Shown: piece after piece, positions 57,498 through 64,000 of the stretch
Layout of the letters: each line of letters opens with the position of its first letter
Position numbering within the stretch: the stretch's first letter is position 1
Origin: Roseiflexaceae bacterium
Lineage (GTDB): Bacteria; Chloroflexota; Chloroflexia; Chloroflexales; Roseiflexaceae
DNA length: 64,000 bases
Assembly: GCA_040396955.1 (NCBI GenBank)
Contig: JBBAWX010000006.1
Span: 67,257 to 131,256 of the forward strand
Direction of reading: 5' to 3'
Made by a program: the position numbers and the translations under genes
Notes under the pieces: model-generated
Told to the model about the DNA's origin: nothing
What the model saw: the letters and a program-made list of their open reading frames with translations, nothing else
Databases searched by the model: none

Positions 57498-59372
57498 TTA
57501 GCGATGAATGGGCAACCAGACACTCATGGCACCCGGCTCGCGGTTGGCCCACAAATGATACGGAATCAACGTGAGTTGGCACGGTTGCCCCTGATCGACC
57601 CGCCACGGCGCATACAGCGCATCGGCAGGCGTCGCCACACTGAACCCATCGGATACCAACACGCGATGCACTCCCAGTACACCCGCACCGGGTCTGACGT
57701 GCCACGCCCGTTCCGGGCGCACCGCCAAACTTGTGACCGGCACCGTCTGATCGACCTGCTCGGCACAGTACAAAATGGGGCCGCGTGCAACTGCCACTCG
57801 CCCCGCATTGTTGTGCACCACCGGGTTGGCCATGATGAGACGTGGCTGCATGGGTAGATCCAATACGACCTCGTCGCCGATTTGCCAAGCGCGCCGGATG
57901 GTGACGTAGGTGTCGGCCGGTGCCACCTGGCGCATCCCTGCGACACTCACACTCGCACCACTGGCCCAACTCGGCACACGCAGTTTGAGGCCGAACTGAC
58001 CTCCACGGGTGGCCACGAGACGCACACGCCCCTCCCACGGGTATTCGGTTTCGACCCGAAACGCCGCCGGCAGACCACTGCTCTGCGCATCAATGCTCCC
58101 CTGCATGTAGGTGTGCACCCACAGCGTATCGGCATCGACACTCGCCACATAGCTCCCAAGTTGCGCCAACAGCCGCGCCACATTGGGCGGGCAACAGGCA
58201 CAACCAAACCACGGCGAACGCCGATGCGTGCCGTTGTTGGCCAGTGGGTTCTGGTAAAAGTATTCGTTCCCACTCAACGACAACCCGGGCATCACCGCAT
58301 TGTAGAGCGTCCATTCGAGGAGGTCCGCATAGCGCGCCTCGCCAGTGCCCTGCAACAACCGCCAATTCCACATCACCGACGCAATCGCCGCACAGGTCTC
58401 GGTGTAGGCCGTCTCGTTGGGGAGCTCGTAGTCGCCACCAAAATCCTCGCCGTTCCACCGCGAGCCAGTGCCACCACTCACGTACATGCGCTTGTGCGTC
58501 ATGTTGTGCCACTGCGCATCAATGGCCGTTTTGAGCGCACTATCACCTGTCTCAAGCCATATATCCGTCGCACCAGCCGCCAAGTAGAGCATACGCACCG
58601 CATGACCAACGACCTCGGTCAGCTCACGATAGGGCACATGGTCTTGATGATATGCCGCATCAAATCGCCCAAACGGATTGGTGCCGACCTTGTGGGCGCC
58701 ACGCACATCCAGCAAAAACTGCGCCAGCTGTAGATAACGCATCTCACGCGTCTCTCGGTACAGCTCCACCAGCGCCAATTCAATCTCTGGGTGACCGTCG
58801 CTACTCTCGCGCTTGCCCTGCTCCGCCGGGCCAAACGTGGCATCGATGTGATCTGCTAGCCGCCGTGCCGCCGCAAGTGCTGCTGCCTGCCCACTCGTAC
58901 GATAGACCGCAATGGCCGCCTGGATGAAATGACCCGCACAGTACATCTCGTGCAGGTCCATGTTGCTCCAGCGCTCTGCGGTACGCTCTTTGCTGAAGTA
59001 TGAGTTCAAATATCCGTCGTGATCTTGGGCGGCCACAATGTCGGCGATTACTTGGTCGCGCATGGCGTGTAATTCGGGCACCGCGCTAATCGCGTCGTTC
59101 CACCCGACTGCCTCCAACCATTTGTAGACATCAGAGTCGTTGAAAAACAAACCGACGAAATCGCCCGCTTCACGCCCCGCCGCCCGCCGAAAATTGGCGA
59201 TGCGCTCCGTGCTCTCACAGTGCGCATGTTGTGATGGCAGGGTGACCTGCGTGTTCGTCGCTCGCCGTGGCTGCCAAAATGCATCTGCGATGACAACCCC
59301 CGGCAACGCCAGCGGTCGTAACCGAGCATGCGGGCTGTGGCTCGTGTCGACCACATATGCGTGACGCTTCAT
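57498..59372 (-). CDS. glycoside hydrolase family 127 (DUF1680; beta-L-arabinofuranosidase-type)
   Basis: 624 aa. YTETCAAIA and FGCACCPPNVARLL correspond to the Glu/Cys and Cys-Cys zinc/nucleophile motifs I recall from HypBA1-type GH127 enzymes. Confidence 0.8.
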   Translation of the reverse strand: MKRHAYVVDTSHSPHARLRPLALPGVVIADAFWQPRRATNTQVTLPSQHAHCESTERIANFRRAAGREAGDFVGLFFNDSDVYKWLEAVGWNDAISAVPELHAMRDQVIADIVAAQDHDGYLNSYFSKERTAERWSNMDLHEMYCAGHFIQAAIAVYRTSGQAAALAAARRLADHIDATFGPAEQGKRESSDGHPEIELALVELYRETREMRYLQLAQFLLDVRGAHKVGTNPFGRFDAAYHQDHVPYRELTEVVGHAVRMLYLAAGATDIWLETGDSALKTAIDAQWHNMTHKRMYVSGGTGSRWNGEDFGGDYELPNETAYTETCAAIASVMWNWRLLQGTGEARYADLLEWTLYNAVMPGLSLSGNEYFYQNPLANNGTHRRSPWFGCACCPPNVARLLAQLGSYVASVDADTLWVHTYMQGSIDAQSSGLPAAFRVETEYPWEGRVRLVATRGGQFGLKLRVPSWASGASVSVAGMRQVAPADTYVTIRRAWQIGDEVVLDLPMQPRLIMANPVVHNNAGRVAVARGPILYCAEQVDQTVPVTSLAVRPERAWHVRPGAGVLGVHRVLVSDGFSVATPADALYAPWRVDQGQPCQLTLIPYHLWANREPGAMSVWLPIHR

Positions 59373-59471
59373 TGCGTGCCTCCTCTGGTATCGTGGGTGA
59401 ACGCCCCCATCATACCATTCTTCTGCGTGGACTTCCGCAGACTCATCCCCCCGCTTGTTCCCCCGATTATA

Positions 59472-59888
59472 TCATAAATGTTCGGACATTCGCATATTTA
59501 CATTGGGTTCACAGTCGGCCACCTGATCACAATCCGGCGTCACCGGTATCGGGTGCATGATTGCGCTGAGTTCGTGATGCAGATCAGCGGAGGCCATCCA
59601 ACGGTACGTGTAGGGGGTATCCCACGGTGGCGACCACCCAGCATACGCGGTCACCGCAAAGCGGGCCGCTGCCCGCACCCATTCAATGAGTTGTTCGGGG
59701 GCATGCGTGGTACGACAACGCACAATGAGGCAGACCTGGTGCGCCTCCACCCGGCACAACAGCGCCACACAACCAACACGCCACACACTTAGCCGGAGCG
59801 CCTCACGGATGACGCGTCGCAACGTGCTTTCGCAGGGGACCGATTCAAGTGACTGTGGCCATGTCACACACAACAAACGATCAGACAT
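59472..59888 (-). CDS. hypothetical protein (138 aa)
   Basis: First ATG at 59888 with GGAGG SD 7 nt upstream (the ORF-track start at 59894 is TTG). No firm motif; see findings and rejected items. Confidence 0.4.
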   Translation of the reverse strand: MSDRLLCVTWPQSLESVPCESTLRRVIREALRLSVWRVGCVALLCRVEAHQVCLIVRCRTTHAPEQLIEWVRAAARFAVTAYAGWSPPWDTPYTYRWMASADLHHELSAIMHPIPVTPDCDQVADCEPNVNMRMSEHL

Positions 59889-59973
59889 ATGCAAACCTCC
59901 GATAGGGCATGAATACTACCATGCATACCGTATCGGAGGTCGCAAAAGACACGCATTGGCGCCACATTTCCGC

Positions 59974-61245
59974 TTATTGGAAGCCACCCGAGGCATCTGC
60001 GAGGCCACGCGTATTAGCGATGTGTTGCTCATACCCACTCGCCGCATAGGCGGCCATGGGGTCGATCGGCACGCCCATCTCGAGGCGGACCTGCGCCAAT
60101 AGTGGGCGGACATCGGTGCGGTAGGCATCGGTCAGCAGACGATGCGCCGTCAGCACTTCACCGGCGTGCTGGGCGGCCGCCAGGCGTGGGCGGGGGACGA
60201 CGAGGGCTTTGGCATAGGCCTCTTGGCAATTGAGCACCGAGTAGATGATGGCGCTCAGCTTCCCTTCAATGTTGTGGCACTGGTCGAGCATGTAGGCCAC
60301 CTGTTGGGCGCAACTCCGTGACGGTTCGCTCTGGCCGAGCTCAGCACCCGCCAATTCGTTGAAAATCAAGAAGAGCTCGTACGGATTGGAGCTCCCCACA
60401 ATGAGATCGTCGTCGGCGTACTTGCGATTGTTGAAATGGAAGCCACCGAGGCGCCCTTCATCGAGCAAAAAGGCCACAATTTGCTCAATGTTGACCCCTT
60501 GGGCATGATGCCCAAGGTCGACAAGCACCTGCGCTTGTTCACCGAGTTTCAAGGCCCACGCGTACGCAGTCCCCCAATCGGGGATATCGGTGCTGTAGAA
60601 GGCCGGCTCAAAAAATTTATACTCAATCAGCATCCGTCCGCCGGCAGGCAAGCGTTGGTAGACCTGGCGGAGACCTTCTTCGAAGCGGCGTTTGCGCCCT
60701 TGCAGGCTGTCTTGGCCGGCATAGTTGGTGCCATCGGCAAACCACAGGCTGAGCGCATTACTCTTGACTTTGGTCATGATTTCGCAGCACTCAAGCATGT
60801 GATCGAGGGCGGCTTCGTGCACACTACGGTCTGGATTCCCCAACGAGCCGAGGCGATACTGATCATCTTGGAAGACGTTCGGATTGACGGCGCCGATGGC
60901 CACCCCTTGGGATTCGGCATACTGGCACATGGCCGTATAATCGCCGTCTTCGGGTTTGTCCCACGGGATATGGACGGCCACTGACGGTGCAATCCCGGTC
61001 ATTTTATGCACCATGGCGGCGTCGTCGAGTTTTTCACGCGTGGTACGTGCAGCGCCGGGCCATGCGAAGGCCTTGAAGCGTGTGCCACTGTTGGCGTACC
61101 CCCAACTTGGGGTTTCGATGCGCTGCGCTTTGAGGGCCTGTTTCACCGCCGCCACATCAATTCCCTGCTCCTGCAATACCTCGGCCAATGCCGCATACCC
61201 TGGCACTTCTTGCATACCCTCACTCCTTGTTCTGTATACCGACAC
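59974..61245 (-). CDS. rhaI: L-rhamnose isomerase, Pseudomonas stutzeri/actinobacterial type (xylose-isomerase-like TIM barrel)
   Basis: 423 aa. Long collinear similarity to the P. stutzeri L-RhI sequence as I recall it: [80 protein letters not shown]. Confidence 0.8.
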   Translation of the reverse strand: MSVYRTRSEGMQEVPGYAALAEVLQEQGIDVAAVKQALKAQRIETPSWGYANSGTRFKAFAWPGAARTTREKLDDAAMVHKMTGIAPSVAVHIPWDKPEDGDYTAMCQYAESQGVAIGAVNPNVFQDDQYRLGSLGNPDRSVHEAALDHMLECCEIMTKVKSNALSLWFADGTNYAGQDSLQGRKRRFEEGLRQVYQRLPAGGRMLIEYKFFEPAFYSTDIPDWGTAYAWALKLGEQAQVLVDLGHHAQGVNIEQIVAFLLDEGRLGGFHFNNRKYADDDLIVGSSNPYELFLIFNELAGAELGQSEPSRSCAQQVAYMLDQCHNIEGKLSAIIYSVLNCQEAYAKALVVPRPRLAAAQHAGEVLTAHRLLTDAYRTDVRPLLAQVRLEMGVPIDPMAAYAASGYEQHIANTRGLADASGGFQ

Positions 61246-61251
61246 GGCGTA

Positions 61252-62964
61252 CTACGGGCGACGTTGAGCACCGTAATCATTCGCCGAAATCACACTTCCG
61301 CGCAATGCGGCCATATCAAGGCACCGCATTGTTTCATCAGACAACACGTAGCAGTGGTTCGTATACCGCGCCGGCGGAGCAGCCCGCCGTTGCAAAATCG
61401 CACAGGCGAGGTCGATGACGCGCTCGCCGTACCGCTCAGGGAAGCTGGCCACAGCACCAATCATGCGGCTCCCGGCGCGACGCAATTCCCGTAGCGCGTC
61501 GACATCGGCACCAAGCCCCACCGTCACACAGCGCGCCAAACTACCATCTTCGGCAAACGCCGAGAGTGCGCCGAGTACCGCTTCGTCGTTGATGCCCAAA
61601 ATAATCACCCGGTCGGTGCGACGGATTTTTTTGATGGCGATGCGCGTCGCCGCACACGAATCAACACTCGTGTTGCGACTATCGAGGCGCACAATGCGCC
61701 CCTCTGGCACCGAGAGTTGTTCACGCAGACCGTCAATTTGGCCCTGCATGCGTGCAGCCGGTACTGGCCCCGAAATTGGCAGCTCGAGCGAAAACACCAC
61801 ATCAAACGCCCCATGCCATTGCCGACGCACATACTGACCCAACAATCGCCCACTCATCAGACCAGCACGGTAGTTGTCGAACCCAAAAAACGTGGCACCC
61901 GCAATGGGGATATCGATGGCAATCACCGGCACGTTGACCTGGCGCAACGCCTCCACAATCATGTTGTTGGCGTGAGCGTCCGTGTTGAAAATCACGACTA
62001 AATCGACCTGTGCTTTGATGAAAGCCTCGGCATTTGCCACTGCCACTGCACCATCACTGCGATTATCAGCGAGCAACAGCTCGACCCCGGCGGTCTCAGC
62101 TGCAGCCAGCATACCGCTCCGCACTGCCACCGCAAAGGGCAACCGTTCATCTTGATTGGCAAAACCGATGCGCCAACGTCGCATGGGTATGTTTTCAACA
62201 TTACGACGCCCCACTGCACTACAAATGGTCATTGGAATGCCGTGACCCGCAAGTTTGCTGATGGTGGCGTTGTCGATGGCATCTTCACTCACAATGCGTG
62301 TCACCTGCCGAAATTCCGGAGGGGTGTCACTACGCATACGGGCAGTGATTTCTTGGCTTTCGACCATCAACACCACCTGGTCGCAGACGTCCATCATGCG
62401 CCGTCGCAACGTTTCCCGCCGCACCGCCACATCACGCCCAATTTCATCACCGGGAATGCCCGACAAAAACAAACAACTTGCGCGCACACCCGGAGGCAGA
62501 TAGTGGTTCATGTCGGGCCAGCCAATGCTCCGACCATAGCTGATAATCCCCCCCAACAACGCCACTGTGTGTGCACTTTTGGTCAGTACATTGGCAATTT
62601 CAAGGCTGTCGGTATAAATCATCAAGCCACGATGCTCATGAAGATGCGCCGCCAAGGCGAGGCCGAGCTCCCCCCCTTCGATCATAATCGTCTCATAGTC
62701 GGTTACTAGGCTGGCCGCCCCTTGGGCGACCCGCTCGATGCGACCCGGCAACCCACCTTTCAACGTTGAGCGCATCTGCTCACGAGACAAAGCGCCGCCG
62801 TGGGTACGCATCACCAAACCTTGCGATTCCAAAACGTCCAAATCACTGCGAATGGTGACTTCTGAAACCCCAAAGAGCTGGGCAAGCGCAATCACGCTGA
62901 CAAAGCCGTCGTGCTTGGCTACTTCAATGATTTTTTCACGTCGCTCTTTTGTTTTGGCACCCAT
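61252..62964 (-). CDS. three-module transcriptional regulator: DeoR HTH + DeoR-C sugar-phosphate-binding domain + LacI/periplasmic-binding-protein-type sugar-binding domain
   Basis: 570 aa from ATG 62964 (ORF opens at 63033). HTH KERREKIIEVAKHDGFVSVIALAQLFGVSEVTIRSDLDVLE. DeoR-C-like middle (MIEGGELG...IYTDSLEIA...LFLSG). C-terminal ~300 aa PBP-type fold (RIGFANQDERLPFAVAV...VDLVVIF...PVIAIDIP...FGFDNYRAG...GINDEAVLGAL). Confidence 0.7.
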   Translation of the reverse strand: MGAKTKERREKIIEVAKHDGFVSVIALAQLFGVSEVTIRSDLDVLESQGLVMRTHGGALSREQMRSTLKGGLPGRIERVAQGAASLVTDYETIMIEGGELGLALAAHLHEHRGLMIYTDSLEIANVLTKSAHTVALLGGIISYGRSIGWPDMNHYLPPGVRASCLFLSGIPGDEIGRDVAVRRETLRRRMMDVCDQVVLMVESQEITARMRSDTPPEFRQVTRIVSEDAIDNATISKLAGHGIPMTICSAVGRRNVENIPMRRWRIGFANQDERLPFAVAVRSGMLAAAETAGVELLLADNRSDGAVAVANAEAFIKAQVDLVVIFNTDAHANNMIVEALRQVNVPVIAIDIPIAGATFFGFDNYRAGLMSGRLLGQYVRRQWHGAFDVVFSLELPISGPVPAARMQGQIDGLREQLSVPEGRIVRLDSRNTSVDSCAATRIAIKKIRRTDRVIILGINDEAVLGALSAFAEDGSLARCVTVGLGADVDALRELRRAGSRMIGAVASFPERYGERVIDLACAILQRRAAPPARYTNHCYVLSDETMRCLDMAALRGSVISANDYGAQRRP

Positions 62965-63007
62965 GGCATGCTCCGTGGCTCGGTGACGTGGGGGGAATGG
63001 CCCAATC

Positions 63008-63050
63008 GTATGATTTTCTTTCGATTTTGTCAAATTTTACGATTTCTCAA
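63008..63050. promoter_or_regulatory. direct-repeat motif cluster in the divergent regulator intergenic region (candidate operator)
   Basis: GATTTT at 63012-63017 and 63023-63028 (11-nt phasing) and GATTTC at 63041-63046, each preceded by T/C-G/T. A perfect TATAAT at 63077-63082 lies 25 nt before the + strand DeoR ATG. Confidence 0.3.
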
Positions 63051-63106
63051 TGCAACAATCCAAAGTTTGTTTCTCATATAATACAAAATGGAGGTGACAG
63101 TACGGC

Positions 63107-63916
63107 ATGAACAAGCACCAAAAGGCCCGTGAACAGCGACGCCGCGAGATCCTACAACTACTTGACCAACACGGGTACGTGATGGTCGAGCAGTTGTCGC
63201 GGCATTTTCGCGTGTCCGACGTCACCATTCGTACCGACCTCGAGCATTTCGCGGAGCTTGAGCTTGTCATTCGCATGCATGGCGGCGCCAAACTTGCCCC
63301 AGCCACCGAACGCGAGTTACCGCTTGCCGCCCGGGTCCAACAGCGTCCGCACGCCAAAGTGGCCATTGGGCGCATGGCGGCTCGGTTGGTTCACGACGGC
63401 GACACCATCGTGCTGGATTCGAGTAGCACATCGCTGGCCATTGTGGCTCATTTATCCAAACGCCACAACATTCGTGTGGTCACCAACAGCATTGCCGTGG
63501 CACGAGCGCTCAGTGAATTCCCGCAATTTCACGTCTTTCTCCCAGGGGGACGCATGCGTCACGAATCGGAGTCCATTGTTGATTTACATGCGGGAAGTAT
63601 TCCAGCCACGACCCACGCAAATATCGGTTTTTTTGGAGCACACGGCATCAGCACTGATGCTGGGTTAATCGAGATTAGCCCCGAGGAAGCCGCAGCCAAA
63701 CGTGTCATGCATGCGCTCTGCCGCCAAAGCGTGGCCTTGCTTGATTCAAGCAAACTCAACCGCGTTGGCTCCATCCCATTCATACCACTTGCCGAAGTCC
63801 ACACCCTCATCAGTGATTCTGAAGCCGACCAGCAGGTGTTGCGTACATTGCGCATCCATGGAGTGCACTGCTTTATTGCGACGATTGACACGGTCGAAAC
63901 GCCCGTCAGCGAATGA
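63107..63916 (+). CDS. DeoR/GlpR-family transcriptional regulator
   Basis: 269 aa. HTH RRREILQLLDQHGYVMVEQLSRHFRVSDVTIRTDLEHF plus a DeoR-C domain (IVLDSSSTSLAIV, VVTNSIAVA, FFGAHGIS). GGAGG SD. Confidence 0.85.
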   Translation: MNKHQKAREQRRREILQLLDQHGYVMVEQLSRHFRVSDVTIRTDLEHFAELELVIRMHGGAKLAPATERELPLAARVQQRPHAKVAIGRMAARLVHDGDTIVLDSSSTSLAIVAHLSKRHNIRVVTNSIAVARALSEFPQFHVFLPGGRMRHESESIVDLHAGSIPATTHANIGFFGAHGISTDAGLIEISPEEAAAKRVMHALCRQSVALLDSSKLNRVGSIPFIPLAEVHTLISDSEADQQVLRTLRIHGVHCFIATIDTVETPVSE

Positions 63917-64000
63917 CACACGCCCACGAGGATGTGTATCGTAGTGTCATCTTCTACCCGTTGATTCGCAGATGCACATGTCACGAGGCGGCCAGTGCCC

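Noticed and set aside
54068-57857. Three consecutive long + strand ORFs (425, 450 and 401 aa) opposite the Gfo/Idh/MocA and ROK genes
   Set aside because: Same reasoning. The minus-strand genes have Rossmann/EKP and ROK zinc motifs plus SD sequences. The + strand translations are Arg/His-rich with no recognisable domain.
59472-59888. IS200/RAYT-type transposase or mobile element
   Set aside because: There is only a faint secondary-structure-like resemblance. The HUH histidine pair and catalytic Tyr context are not evident. I saw no terminal hairpins, REP-like repeats or target duplications flanking it. Kept as a hypothetical protein.
63947-64000. Possible 3' end of a minus-strand gene entering from beyond the right edge
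   Set aside because: Only about 18 codons are visible in one frame (ending with TGA at 63947-63949). That is too short for any call.
1-64000. CRISPR arrays, tRNA/rRNA genes, prophage, integrase, retron or DGR-type elements, recognisable defence systems
   Set aside because: The intergenic space is small; the largest gaps are 289, 175, 153, 150 and 149 nt. None of these gaps shows repeat-spacer periodicity, a tRNA T-loop or acceptor pattern, or reverse-transcriptase or nuclease genes. No ORF in the track has defence-system hallmark motifs that I could recognise.

Overview
This is a densely coding, moderately high-GC bacterial chromosome segment with about 60 genes. I saw no rRNA, tRNA, CRISPR array, IS element, integrase or phage gene. 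The gene content (TIGR03663-type GT-C membrane proteins, a LysW amino-group-carrier lysine pathway, many Gfo/Idh/MocA sugar genes) suggests a Chloroflexota-like organism, but that is inference only. All calls come from reading the ORF-track proteins and the DNA by eye. No searches were run, and start codons were adjusted only where an in-frame ATG with a Shine-Dalgarno (SD) sequence was visible.

Layout:
- 1-21 kb is housekeeping: lon (partial), tpiA, an M50 protease, an ECF sigma factor, a GH95-like protein, a SulP transporter, a LarA homologue, rarA, tdk, ferredoxin and a dGTPase-like/dnaG/rpoD string.
- 21-36 kb is cell-envelope related: LCP, two phosphoesterases, two tandem TIGR03663-type GT-C proteins (the second fused to an NHL beta-propeller), and a PMM-murJ-rumA-GNAT-kinase operon.
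- 36-46 kb carries lysE-metB followed by a complete LysW-type lysine module (lysW, X, Y, Z, J, K). A Nudix hydrolase and two tandem EamA transporters are translationally coupled inside it.
- 46-50 kb carries an ArnE/ArnF-like half-transporter pair plus two uncharacterised GT-C-like polytopic proteins.
- 50-64 kb is a co-directional carbohydrate gene string: MBL hydrolase, three Gfo/Idh/MocA genes, a MetE-fold zinc protein, SIS, ROK, GH127, an orphan P. stutzeri-type L-rhamnose isomerase and a DeoR-PBP fusion regulator.

The most interesting leads are:
- a Lys-codon-rich leader ORF with mutually exclusive terminator and antiterminator hairpins upstream of the lys string;
- the GT-C/NHL fusion pair;
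- the ArnEF-like plus GT-C-like module, which has no lipid-carrier-charging glycosyltransferase in the window;
- the unassigned sugar operon.

None of these is proven to be novel.
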